Source: Takakia lepidozioides (taxonomy: Eukaryota; Plantae; Bryophyta). Taken from it: 64,000 nucleotides of DNA. The notes under the pieces were generated by a model. It did no database searches and was not told the origin of the DNA. It worked only from the letters and a program-made list of their open reading frames with translations. The position numbers and the translations under genes are program-made. Of the stretch, positions 42,291 through 55,329 are shown in pieces (position 1 is the first letter of the stretch; the number at the start of each line of letters is the position of its first letter). Location: contig CM060733.1 of assembly GCA_030704615.1 (NCBI GenBank), positions 46,004,001 through 46,068,000 of the forward strand, read 5' to 3'.

Positions 42291-43149
42291 TCCCTCTAGC
42301 AGTCAAGGATTCCATGAAAAACGTGTCTAAAAGTGGACTTCAGCCACAAAAACTAACAGTTTAGTTTGTTTTTCTCCGAAAAACCAAGCGGCCACCCCTC
42401 AAAACCGCAATCATATATTTTCTAAATGCAAATATTTATTTTAAATTCGATTTAATTCAAAATTGGTGCAAGGGTGAGTGCGTCGTTGGGGAGGCAAATG
42501 TTTTTTTTTTTTTTTTTTTTTTTTGCTTCTCTGCTGGATCTTTGTACAGGTGTTGCACACATATTTAAGCACATGTAGGAATAAAAGAAGCTTGAGCCAC
42601 ATCCGTTTGTTGGTTGCAATGGCATGAGAGGATTTTCTTTCACAATAATAAACAAAAATTGGTTGATAGGGTGAATGTGTCATTGGGGGAGGCAAATGAT
42701 TTTTTTTGGGTTTGAAACCTTTGCATGCGTGTACGTTGCGCACATACATGTAATTATTGAATGACATATTTGATGCACGCACACATTGAAGGTTGTTGTT
42801 TGTATTTCGCTTATAATGAGTTATATGGTTGCAAGGACACATTATAATATATCTCCCTATGTTCATTTGTTCGTATCAGGACTTTGTCCATTCCTTCCCG
42901 GTCCTTTCTCTTGGCACCCCATCCGAAAACAACCCAAGTACATCAGGCGGGAGCCATGGGCGAGACGCCGTCCCAACGGTACCGGACGATGATGACGATG
43001 ACAGTGACAATGACAATGACAACAACAATGAAATTAACCAGGAGGATGTGCAAGCCATGGTGGATCTCTTAATGCATCATGTGGGCGCTGATGCATCTCA
43101 TGAAGAGGGAACCCAGCCAATCGATGATCCTGAAATGACCCCCTCAAAT

Positions 43150-45660
43150 GACATGGAGAGGGAGGCGAGAACTCCCTTGTACGAAGGGGCGAAAATGAGT
43201 CGACTTTCAACAATCTTACTTTTGCTCAATCTTCAAATTCGATTTGGCATAAGTAATGTTGGGATATCTGCCATAATGCGAACTATTGCAGATATATCCT
43301 TGCTCCACACTTGAAACCCAAGATGCCACGGTCGCGGAAAGAGGCACGCGAAGTCTTGGATTCTGTGGGCATGGGTTATAAGATTTTTCATGCATGTCCA
43401 TGTGTTAAAACCCTATACTACGGAGAGGATTCGCGTCTCACCAAGTGCCCAGAGTGCAAGAAAGACCAATATCAGGATGATGTCCAAGGGAAAAAAGTAC
43501 CACGCAAGGTATAAGTGTCATTCCCCCTCGCATGGAGATTACTTTATTTAATCTTCTCGATGCATGTAAAGTGTACTCCACAAAGTTTAGGGTTTAGAGA
43601 GTAGTACTCATGCAAGATCCGATTGTGGTTTTGGAAGGAGTGAGTGAGGAGTGGAAGGAGCAACGTTCAGTTTTGACCATTCAAGCCCAAATGAGGGAGA
43701 GGCTGCATAAAGGGAAAGACATAAGGGTGTTGTATTATGTGTGCTAATGGGATGATTACATGTGGGGGGCGTGGGGTATTTCATCCTAGAAAATGCATTA
43801 CTTTCCGATCATCCCGCGATTGAGGGCACTGTACCGAAGCCCCGAATTGGCCAGACTCATGAGATGGCACGCCTCGCATCGGAGCTCCCCGGAAAAGGTG
43901 TGCGGGCCACAAGATTCACAAGCATGGAGACATATTGAAGAGATGTGGCCTTTTCTCTTGGAAGACCCACGACATGTCCACCTCGGCTTCTCCTTGGATG
44001 GGGTCAACCCATTCTCTGTCCAATCATGTAGTCATTCCACTTGGCCGGTGACCATGGTGAATTACAACATCCCTTCGTATCTTTCAATTAAAAAAGGGCA
44101 TATCATGTTGGCTGCCATTGTGCCAGGTGAGTGTACTCATTTCATGTTTATTATTGCCTTGGACTTTACATTAAACTTCTGATGCACTTCGGATGCAAGA
44201 TTGATGAGTGACATAATCATGGAGTAAGATGTGTAATTCATTTTGTATTATAATTTGCATATTGGTGGAGCATTGAAACAATGATGTGAATGTCTCATAA
44301 GGAAAAAAACAAGTGGCAAACATGGACACGTACTTGCGACCTCTTGTTGATGAACTTAAGGAGCTATGGAGGGGGGTCCCGACATTGGATGCTTCACTTG
44401 ACCCTATGGCCAAACAATCTTTTCAGATGAGAGGCATCTTGCTTTGGACAATGCATAATTATCCAGGTATATTATGTTCCCCATGAACAAACCGCGTACA
44501 TTCACTTGTCAATGCCGGATAATATCGATGAGGATTGGGATTGATTGAAGTAGCGGCGACAGTCTTGTGCACCGTAGTGGGGTAGATGGCATTATGGGCC
44601 ATGCACATGACAACTTTTTGTTTTTGCTAATGTGGCGGGATGTGTAGTATAGGACTAATTGTTTGTTTGGGGCTAAGCACCAAAGGGTACCATGCATGTT
44701 TGCATTGTGGCAATGATTTTGATGCACATAGCTCCCGCCATCTTCACAAGATGGTGTATCCCAACTACCGCAAATTTCTTCATATGAGCCATCGATGGAG
44801 AAGAAGAGAGAAACATTGTTTGATGACAAAGAGGAAGTATGTCCCCCCCCCTATGACACCGTCCGGGCAATTTTGGGAGGACCGATAGAAGGAGGCCATG
44901 CGGGCATGGACTGTGAAGTGGACGTGCCCGACATGAAACGACTTTTAATCTTCTACAAGTTGTCATACTGGGTGGTACATATTCCACAAAAACACTGTCA
45001 ATATCTCTATGCATGCATGTGATATTGCACATTTGGTATGCGTTGCATTGTTACTTTCACGTTAAAAAAATTATGTAAGTCTTTGTGGGTGGGGATATAT
45101 GTAGGACTTGAAGATTCGCCATCTTCTAGATCCTATGCATATTGAGAAGAATGTATGCTCGTCCTTTTTTTGGGTTCTTAATGGCACGCCGGCAAAGAAT
45201 GGAGTGGCTGCAAAAGGAGATTCTCTCGGTGTTAGAAAAGAGCTTGAGGAGCAAGGTCGCATGCGCCATCTAGGGCCAAACAAAATGGTGTGGACCCAAA
45301 GGGTGTTGTACGGTGAAAGTATAGGCGCGCACCTTGGCAATGGACAAAGGATGAATACAAGAAAGTGATAGCCACCATGAGTGTTGTCCGAACACCAACT
45401 GGTTATGGGTCATCCCTCCATACAAAGTTCAGCAAAGAAGACGGGGTCCATGGTTTGAAGTCTCATGACTACCACAATCTATTGCAAGACATCTTGCCCA
45501 TTGCAGTACGTGGGACATTGACTCCTGAGGTTCGTGAGACAATCTATAGATTGGGAGGCTTGCTCCGGTGGATTTGCTCCAAAGAGTTGGAGGAAGCGGA
45601 TTTTCCACACATGAAGAAGGAGGCGGCGGAGGTAATGTATATGTTAGAGATGGGTGTAAG
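43150..45660 (+). mobile_element. CACTA (En/Spm) Tnp2 transposase pseudogene
   Basis: TPLYEGA, IFHACP...C..C, YFPIIPRLR, LDGVNPF...STWPV, YLRPLVDEL, LDPMHIEKNV and GLKSHDYH, with introns, frameshifts and stops. Confidence 0.9.
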
Positions 45661-46289
45661 CATGGTAGAGGTAGGCCAAAACTGATGGATAATGGGTACT
45701 TGGGAGTAGTTTTGTGGCGTAGTGTAGTGGTGGTAGATGATAATATAGAAATAATGGCAAAACACAATCGTGTCATAAGTCGAGTCCCGCATCCAACAGT
45801 CCAAGATTAAACGAAAAAACAAGAAAATTAAAAAAAACGGAAACAAACCTCCCGGCGAAAACAATCTATTTCAAAATTTCACCATTGTTTGGCGGTTTGC
45901 ATGAAAAAAGATTCATGCGTGCAATTGGTACGTTTTAGGGGTACTTTTGGCTTTTCATGTTCGAGGATGTAGCGTGCTACATCTACAACCTCCTCGCACA
46001 ATACTTTACAAGTACCATCAAAACATACTCGTTTGCATATTGGAAAAGTATTCTGTTTTCCTTACAACATCATCTTTCTTCCCATGTCATTTTCAAGGAA
46101 GTTCTTTTTATGATCAGAATGCACTAGAGTACTTTGAAGACCACAGTCTTTTAAAATCCATTTGTGACAATATTTTTGGCCGACCTCTAGCATGCTTTCA
46201 CCCAGATGCACCTTCCTCCCTCCTTCTTTGACATCCAAGTGCACTTGGTAGTGCACTTAGTGGAAGGGGCTTCGATTGCTGGCCCCGTT

Positions 46290-47567
46290 CACTCATGTCG
46301 GAGTACATGGTGGAGCAAGGATGGACGAGGTGTTACTCGCGGGTAGACGCAGTTGGCTGGCCTACTTACCTGGGCTTTGTGGCCACATACTTAGCTTTGG
46401 TGGAGTTTGGCATCTACTGGATGCACCGTGGGCTGCATGACATCAAACCATTCTATAAGCACCTTCATGCCCCTCTCAACTTTATTACTTACAGCCAGGT
46501 TTCTGATTCATTTGTTTTTTTGTCTCCGTGTTCTTCTCGGCGATTCTACCGTGTCCCATTGGGGGGCACAATTGATGCTCTTAGTAAAAATTGAGGGATT
46601 TCTCGGAAGCTCACAATGTGCATGATATCCAGAGTGATCCGCGCATGCACACGCAATGACTAGAACTGGCACGTTCACTGGGATGTTCACGGATTGGATT
46701 TGTTGTAAAGTCTTCCTAAGCACCTTATAACATAAGTTCTTGGGCATGGAAATAATCTTGATGTGGTGCCACAAGCATCATTGGCCCTCCAAACTAAGCT
46801 TTTCGTTTGCTTGCACATGGATTCATGAGCACCTAAAATGGCATAGACTGCTGGCCAGAGATTTCCTACTATTCCTGAACATGCTATGGGTTGAGTGTTT
46901 GCCGTACTGCTCGTCTGAAATGCGATTGTCATGTGAAGGGTGTCTGTGCTCACTCTTGAGCTATGGCAACATGTGAGATGCCCTCTGGTTGGAAAGGGTT
47001 CCAGATGAAGGCAGGTAAGTGAGTAAGACATCAGTCCACCATATGGCTCATATCCTGGTTCCAGACGAGAAGACAGATTTATGTACAGTTTTTAGTTTTC
47101 ATATATGTGCAATCATCCGTGCTCTGTCACTCACTTGGTACTCAGCAATTCGGACTTCTTGCTTGATGGATCCGTCAAAGCTTAATCGAATGTCCTCGTG
47201 ATGATCTCGGAAGAATGGGATGATGCATCTAGCAACATTTATATACTTATTGTTGGAGGTCGCAGGCTTGGCCTTTCATCCGGTGGACGGAATCCTGCAG
47301 GCAGCGCCACATGTGTTGGTACTGTTTGTACCGCCGATGCATTTTTTCACACACGAGCTGCTGCTGTTCTTGGAGGGTGTGTGGTCAATCAACATTCACG
47401 ACTGCATCGATGGCAGGGTGTGGGGTGTGATGGGCGCTGGCTTCCACGCCATCCACCACACCACGTACCGCCACAACTATGGCCACTATACTGTTTTCAT
47501 GGACTGGATCTTTGGAACCCTCCGTGAACCTTGTGACGTAAAAGCTAAACAACTGAAGTCTGTTTGA
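46290..47567 (+). pseudogene. STE1: 5'-truncated Delta7-sterol C5-desaturase (STE1/DWF7-like) fragment
   Basis: SEYMVEQGWTRC...VEFGIYWMHRGLHDIKPFYKHLHA and a last exon [13 protein letters not shown]...NIHDCI...[29 protein letters not shown]. The first exon is absent and the THHIYN..SPFA segment is missing. Confidence 0.85.
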
Positions 47568-47599
47568 TTCACAGCATTTTGCTCATGTAAACTAGTAAA

Positions 47600-50500
47600 C
47601 ATGTTGATGAGACCTGTACATGAAGTTGGTTTGTCAAATTGTGCAGTTCATTTTCATCTCTCTATGCCTCATCATCTTCAAAATGTTACTGTCATCTTCA
47701 TTAACATCTTCTTCCTCATCCACTGGAGGTAATAGTTTAGCTTTGCTTCTGGTAACTATCATTGTACTTACTTCTGGTACAAAACATGGCATAACCATGT
47801 GAGCTGCCAATACTGGGCCCTCATTCACATGAGCTCTCATCTCATTCTGGTGTCTGATCCAGAATGGACAAGCTGCTTTGCGATGTCCTGCCTGGTTTCA
47901 ATAGTAACACAGTTCTTCACCATTGGGTCCTCGCCCTTGGTCTATTCTAGGATTATTTCTATAATCATGATTCCCTGGTTGGTAATTCCCCCTTGGATTA
48001 CCCTAATAGTTGCCTCTGGGATTGCCTTGGTAATTCCCTCTTGAATTACCTCTTCTTGCCATGCCATTGTTATATCCCCCGGGCCTACCATAGTGATCCT
48101 GGTCATTGTTTCTTCTTGGTTGGGGTTGCACTTGATGCACCCTCACTTGCCCAGGTTCTTTGTAGCTGTCCTTCTGGGTATTTGCAGGATTGGGTGACTC
48201 AGTTTTTGCGTAACATGGCAGTTTCTGCAGTGGCCTCCATACATGGTTTTACCCATATTTGTTCAACAACTCAATATTTCATCTAAATTTATATAGTGTA
48301 GGGTTTTAACTACAATAGGTATGTGTACCAATTGTTAGATTGCAAAAACAATCATGTACCAGAGAGCCACGGACTTTTAAAGTTGATTACTGTGGACTGC
48401 ACATGTTAGACATAAAATCTTATGGACTGAAAAAACATCATGTACGCTCATACAATGACACAAATGAAAACACACTAGGGGTGCCATTTTTAAATCCAAC
48501 CCAAATCCACTTTTATGTGGACTAATTATCTTAGGAATTGAGAGCTATGGACTATTTTGCACCTAAAAACATGTTGATTTGCTCTAGTCCGTAGCATTTT
48601 ATATTTTGGGTTTTTGAGGTATCTTCTTTTACTAAAAATGCATACAAACCTATAATCTAGAGGTGCTAGGTGGTATATGGACAAGTGGTTGTAAATTCTA
48701 GATTTTGATGTCTAAATGTTTTTTCATTTATAGATTAAAATATCTAGTAAAGAATTTTTTCAATCTTTGAGGATGGACTCTTTACAAAAAATGTTATATA
48801 TACTACTATCTATTTTATTTATTTATAAACTGAAAGCAATAGATTCATTTTATTTTATTTTTTCCCATGGACTTCCAATGGACTCAACATGTGCCGTTTT
48901 TGATCCACCCAATCCTGCAACTGCCCTTCTATTGTAGTAACAATTCTCAGTAGAATGGTTATCCATTATATAAATAGTACAGTGTTTCTTCTTCATGTGG
49001 CATTCAGCTGTGGTATGGCCTTCATTTGGCACTTTGCACACCAAACACCCTTCCTCCAATGTGTTACAACCTTTGTGGCGTACTTTTTCAAGATTTCTTC
49101 CAATCTTTTTTCATAGTTGTCCCTCTTCAACTTTTCCTTCTTCTTGCTCTTCCTCTTGAGCTCTTGCTCTTCTTCCTCGTCTGACTCATCTTCAGAGTCC
49201 TCATCATCCCTTTTATCTTTCTTGAGCATTCCCAATTACTCAATTCTGTTGGCTGTTTTGAATGTCTCGTCCACTGTATTATGGGGTAGCATATCTACTT
49301 TCTTTTGTAATTGAGGTCTTAGTCCACTCATAAACCAAGTCTTCTGTAATCCTAGTGCTGGTACAACAACCAGCTTTTTCATCATTAACTATATCTTCTC
49401 CACATATTCTTCAACAGTTTCATCTTTCTTTTGCCTTAACTGTTTTAAACTTCCATACACTTCATCCTCAGTTTTGCTTGTCCTAAACCTGTTTCGGAAT
49501 ATTATACTAAGGCCATTCCAGGTTAGGAAATGATTATTAGGAAACCTTGCATACCATTCACTTGCTTTCTTGACAAGTGAACAAGGAAACAATCTTATTT
49601 TGGCATCATTGCCATTCTCATTGTTTACTATATACATGTGCTCAAATTGGCTGATGTGTACATCAGGATCCCATTTTCATGCATATATTGGAAAATGTGG
49701 TTTTTGTCCGTGTTGGAGGTACCGCCATCTGTGGCCCTACACCCTGCCCTCTGACAGGTGCTGGTCCTCCTGTTGGTGTTGGTCCTTGAGGACCTGTTGT
49801 TGTAGTGGTGGAACTCCCACCAGGTGCTGACCCTTGAGCACTCCCAGCTACTGGCCCCTCTGCACTTACAGTAACCCCAGCTACAATTGCACTACTTCCC
49901 ACACTCCCTGTCCCCCCAGAGCCAGATCCATGCCCGCCCGATCCCCCTGAGCCGACACCTTCGTTGGCCTGTGATTCAAGTGCTCAACTAGATCCAGGTC
50001 CAACAGGTTGGGATGTCTTGGTTGTAGTCTCAACCTCAACTGTTGGGTCTACTTCTTCATACTCTTCATCTTCCAAATTTTTCTCTCTGTTTTCATCTTC
50101 CAAGTTCTTCTCTTGGATTTCTTCTTCCTCACTCATATAACTCAATTGAAGTGGTATTGGAGAGTCTGAATCTCCGTTGGCTCTGGCACATCTTCCTCTC
50201 ATTCTTTGTCTCGTGCTTCAGAAACTGGAGTTCCTGCTTTTGGTGTTCCATGCCAACTCTGATCAAAGATTTTTGTCAAATCTTTAATCCAGGGATGTAC
50301 CTCAAATCTTTCCCCCCATGGCTGATCTTCTTCATGTACCAAATCCTTCAATCTTTCTTGTAAAGAACAAGAAGGAGTGGCATCCAATTTTGGTCCTTCC
50401 GGTATGGGTGATGTACTCTCTGGCCTTAATGGTGTGAGAGGTCCAGATGATTCACCTATGTCTATTTCTCTCTCTCAGAGATATGGATAATTAGCTTTCA

Positions 50501-52128
50501 AATAACTTTCTCTTTTCGCTGAATATTTGTGGAGTTTAGCTTCCATTTCATCACTCATGTCCCATGTCTTTCATGTCTTTAATGAGGCCCAATAACCAAA
50601 ACTCTCTTCTGTAGTATCTCTCGTATATGCCTGGATTTCTTTCAAGCTTTAATGCATCCTTGGCTATACTAGAAGGCTCCGTTACCATATAACCATATGG
50701 CAAACACGTCTGAAAAGCTGTTCTTGGTGTAAGTTTGATCCACAAGATATCCTTAGGAATCCAATTCTTTACCATTTCAAGTTCTTCATGCATGTGAGTG
50801 TAAACATTCACCTTCCGTTCTTCCCAACTTTCAAACTCCACTCGTTTAATGGATAACAATGCTATCACATAAACCAATGTTGGTAACCAACTTGCTCTAC
50901 TTTTACAGGCCACTTGATAAATCTTTATCACACATTTCTCCAGACCCCACTCTGGATCAGCATCATGCACTCTCTTAAGAATGTTTTCCTTGTGTCAAGT
51001 TAAATAAGCACAGTGTGAAACTAACTAGAATAAAGCTAGTTAGTTGTATTTAACACTTGGATTTAGGTCAAGTGTTAAATCAGGTGTCAAGTTTAGTTTG
51101 ACACCTGAACCGTCTTATCTTCACGAGAGCGTCAGTCGCGCAGCTCATCTCTCTCGAGTTGAGCCTGCGCGACCGAGCTCCTTCACGCTTTAGAATCTGA
51201 GTGTGCTTATGTAGGGAGTATAGGTTGTTGTGGGGTGGAGTCCCCATAGCTTGGGGTGCCCCTGGCTCGACTATTATCTTAAAGAGTGATGCTATTGGAT
51301 TCATGTTGTTTCTTGTGTGAACAGTGTGTTCTTAGCTTTCTTATCACTTGAGAGAGATGAACTGATACTTGCAACCGTCTGGCAATTCCAAGAATATTTG
51401 AAAGAATTGTTTGGACAATCTTTCTTTCTCAATTTCACAGGGAATTTGATTCACATCAAATTCCTTGATTCTCCATCCACCATGATCCCACCAGATGCAT
51501 GTCACATCTGGTTGTTCTTGACTCAATTCCCTAGTATGGTCGTCAAATGTCGAGCAGCTTTTACTCGCCCATCCCTTAGCTATCCGAGGTGGAAACTCCA
51601 AGATAGAAGAGTTGGAAATCTCTGAGCACTCAACCCGCTCAGAACAATTAGTCACGACCTACAACTAGTGTATCATGGGGGTGCTTCCTATTTGTATTTC
51701 TTCTTGCATTCATGTTAGCAAGTTACCTTACTGTCTATGATTAAGTGTTAGATTGCTTCTGCAATCTTCCATGTTCCATCATCCCAAGCATTCATTCCAC
51801 AGCTTCACTCATATCTCTCTACACGGGGTGAGTATGAAATATGTATCAGATTGTTATCTATTCAAGTATCAGGCCGAAGCCATGGTGTCTCTAATCTGCT
51901 CTACAGTGCGTCTCTATAGCTTGCATGAATCAAGCATCATCTCCTCGTATCTCCTCCTCTGTGTAAGCTCCATGTTCGTGCTCTCCCCCTGATCTCCCGA
52001 AGTGATGTCCAAGAAGTGATCTCTAGCCCCGATTCCCAGCAGTGACCCTCGAAATGACCCCCTTCATGTTGCTACTTTGCCTTTTCTACCTGCAAGCTGT
52101 TCTAACCGCCTAACTAACTAACTATCAT
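47600..52128 (-). mobile_element. Degenerate Ty3/gypsy element: upstream extra ORF, gag with Zn knuckles, truncated
   Basis: gag KIRLFPCSL...ASEWY...TW.....F...F...LRQKKDETVEEY and CCHC-like CKVPNEGHTTAEC. The upstream ORF (51655-50551) is split by a solo LTR. A possible LTR starts TGATAG at about 52128. Confidence 0.7.
50993..51346. mobile_element. Solo LTR (relative of family A) with 4-bp TSD CTTG
   Basis: TGTCAAG...TTATCA is flanked by CTTG on both sides. Removing it restores the frame FISLK|ENILKRVHDADPEW. Confidence 0.85.
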
Positions 52129-52450
52129 CCAAGACAGTATGCACGTTCCCTGTGCAAATGTCGTTCCCCCACAGTCGTTCCCTGCCAATGATAACCATTC
52201 CCTGTGAATGCTGTGACGGGCTGTGCCAAGCTGTGTCGGACTGTGATAGGCTGTATCAGGCTTGACAGACTGTGTCAAGCTATATCTGACTGTGTAAGGC
52301 TGTGTCAAGCTGTGACAGACCGTGTCAAGTTGTGACAGGTTGTGTCAAGTTGTGTAAAGCTGTGTAAGGCTGTGTAAGCTTGTGACTGACTATGTAAGCC
52401 TGTCTGCCCCTAAGGTCTGTGTCCGTCACCCCTAAGGCCTCTGTTGGTCT
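52129..52450 (+). repeat. Inverted copy of the element-3 transposase upstream region with ~10-bp CTGTG minisatellite
   Basis: gcacgttccct.tgcaa...cagtcgttccctgccaatgataacc...ctgtgccaagctgtgtcgg matches the reverse complement of about 60290-60505. Confidence 0.85.
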
Positions 52451-52765
52451 GAGTCTACCACCCGTGGGTCTGCGCAAAATTAAGGGTACCCATAGAACCG
52501 TAAAACTGTCTAAGTCCTAGACAACCCTCTAACAACAATGAGTCGGATGAGGTCATTCTTCTCCCCTTTCCACATACTACATTCATTCACGACAAGAACA
52601 GACCTATTTTCCCGACAAGTATCTATGTCCGAATAATTTTCTTGACCTCTATCGTTACCCTACACCATTTCCATTTAAGTTGATTCACAATTCATAACAT
52701 CCAACTAAATTTGGTCTATCACACTATTTTTCACATGTGAACCTAGATATCACATGGTTCACAGT

Positions 52766-54296
52766 CTACCAAGTCCAATTTGGTCGACAAGTTTCTGGCT
52801 CCTCATCATGATAAAAACAAGCACCATTTGGACCAATCCACCAAGTAACTGATACTCCTCGGTACCATCTTCCAGCGACTTGCCATGTGTGAGAGTAATT
52901 AATCCTTGTCGACGTATTGGTATATGTACCCCTACAAGTCAACGTCGTCGCCGAAGCCCCCCATAAAATAGGGAGTATCTTTCCCTTATTTGAACTTATA
53001 ATCTGCAACGCTCAGGATTGAAATCGTCGTTATGAAATGCAGTGAAGATGTATTTTTGCGTGTACAAGAGCTACAAATCACGGGGTTTACAATATCTAAC
53101 TTACTATGTATCACACACTTGAAATTTTGGATTGTATTCTTAGAAGAGGGAAAAAAAAACATAGTGATCCAAAATGAATTAGAAAATATGTTTTGGAAAA
53201 AATGATAATAATAACAGTAATAAACCATTTGAAGTAAAAAACTATACCTCATGACGATATGGTACTTTATCAACTCTAGCCTCCGTCAAGGTTAACCCTT
53301 AAGCGCCCAATAGTCAATTTTTCCCCCTTCAAAACCCGATCCCTGAGCTGAAAAAGCCTTCTAATTTTGTGAAAAAAAATATACAATTTTAAAATTCTGA
53401 CCACACATTACGTGCATACCTACATGCTAAAGGGATCTGCCAATTTATAAGGCATTCAGCTGACAATTGAGAAAAGCCTACCGTTGCAAGTGGGCCCATT
53501 TTTCGACCGCACACACCAAAATTGGAAATGTGACTTCTTATTTTGAAGATTTGGGTGATGAGATGATTTCCAAATTAACTGAATCTACTCCCAGTTCATC
53601 TTTGGTAGAATGTTGCATCCAATCCAAGAAACAAAATGCATTCCGGGCAAAAGATGGTGTAGTGACACTTGGTCAAACCAGACTGGGTCAGTATTGGAGA
53701 GACATTTTTTCATGTAAGAGGAGAGTTTTCTCACGTGCCGGAGATGCTAAAATTCTCACACCACAAACCAGACTTCCATTTATTTGATTGGGAAACTTAA
53801 AACGCTAATAAAAAAAATCCTACAAATCACGCATTGGATTCCATGGCATCAGCAGCTCAAAATTTGGGATCAGTTGATTGAAATATAAGAAAACCGTACC
53901 AGAAAAACAAAGGCCCAAAAATAGGTCGAATGGGCACTTAAGTGTTGAAATAGAGAATCCATTATTTTGCAAAGATAACAAGTTATGAATTGGCCTAAAT
54001 TCAATCATGTTCAATTTGTTAGAGAACTTTTCAATATGAACAAGATAAATTATGAGGTGATCTTCAGGAATCGGATGGAGAGTTCTTACGAATGACATGG
54101 TCATATGAACATGATCATCAAGTTCGCAAGTAAAAGCGATTGGGTAACCACTGAAATTTTTCAAATACGCCTTGTAATCGGGTGCTGCAGATACTGGGGA
54201 GAGACATCCAATTATGATGATTGGTAGAACAAAAATGAACAATAATATATCCATTTCAAGTTGTGGTATTGGAGAAAAACCTTGTCTCCTCGTCAT
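52766..54296 (-). pseudogene. Small secreted protein resembling S-protein homologue (SPH/self-incompatibility S1), probably pseudogenised
   Basis: Signal peptide MDILLFIFVLPIIIIGCLSPVSA, then YLKNFSGYPIAFTCELDD. A second exon reads WGASATTLTCRG...WWIGPNGACF...NWTW*. The apparent donor is mutated (AT) and a frameshift is needed. Confidence 0.45.
53296..53944. mobile_element. piggyBac-like non-autonomous element (MITE)
   Basis: TTAA|CCCTTAAGCGCCCAATAGTC on the left and GTCGAATGGGCACTTAAGTG|TTGA on the right: imperfect TIRs with TTAA/TTGA flanks. Confidence 0.6.
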
Positions 54297-55329
54297 TGTA
54301 CACACATAAATACACAAAAGAAGAATGTGACTTAATCTATTAGAATCAATACTTAGATTCAATACTACGCTCATGTGCTTGTAGTAGGAGGAGGAGGAAG
54401 AAGAGAATGACTCTTGCCGAGGCAGGCATAACTCCAGCCCAAAGGACTTTTGTCTAATTGCGTTTAGAAGGTGCTTGCAGTAGTGCATATGTTGAGCTTA
54501 CAAATATGAAATCATCTATAAATAACAGCATTTTTTTCCTTACTTTTAATATTTTATTACAACTCAATTTTAACTAAATCCGAACGTTTGGCCTAAATCT
54601 GATGTACGACAATATTTTTGTCTTTTAGATTTGATTTTAAAAAAATTATAGCAAATTAGAGAAAATGTAATTATATAAATTTGATGACGTATTAGTTGGA
54701 GTCAATTCGTCAAAGGGGTCCATACAATCGAGATATAGTTATATTTATAGCATGATTGATGTTATAGGTTGTGTCAAAGTGTCAACGTTGACAAATTTGA
54801 TAATTTTAATTGAATCATGAATGCACTAGCAAATTGGTACCAATCAAGCTGCTTATATCACTGTTCGTCTGACATCACTTTAAAGTTTTTTAATAAAATG
54901 GTATCTTATTGTTCAAGATTGCACAAAATGACTGTATGTAGACTAAATACATCGACGTTATGTCGTAAGTTACATCATGACTCCGCATCCTAGCGTCATT
55001 TTACATCATTATTCTTCAAATATTTTGCAAATTTCACGTCACGTCACGCCATCACGTCACGCCATTTTGTGCAATATAGTTGTTGTTTCTGTAACTAATT
55101 AACACATGACTGTCTGTATGTACATGTTCTATAGACAAAATTATTGTCAACACACGATTATCAATGCTATAAGACCTTTACAAAATATTAACCAACTAAT
55201 GCCTGATAAAATGATAATTATCTTATTGTTCATGTAATCAATTAACACTTAGAGTTAAACCCTAAACCATTAATTGTTAATACTTCGAATTAGACCCTAA
55301 GCCCTATTACTCAAATTTAAACCTAAACT

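Larger units (their letters stand above)
34189..42300 (-). mobile_element. Mutator-like element 2 (left terminus identified, right terminus not found)
   Basis: Begins GCCTCTCATTTTATAATAATTGGACGTTATGGCGC, similar to the TSD-defined end of element 1. It contains an accessory ORF, a transposase and palindromic arrays. The terminus is also duplicated at 32764. Confidence 0.65.

Noticed and set aside
41467-42315. 282-aa repetitive ORF (also the short ORFs in 18481-19476)
   Set aside because: These are by-products of tandem repeats; the 288-bp unit is a multiple of three. No protein-family signal.
46235-46260. Possible CACTA right terminus (GGTAGTG)
   Set aside because: No matching left CACTA end or 3-bp TSD was found, and the motif lies in a small local palindrome/duplication.
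53820-54488. 222-aa ORF as a single protein
   Set aside because: It reads through from the signal-peptide exon into intron and MITE sequence; only about 54060-54296 looks coding.
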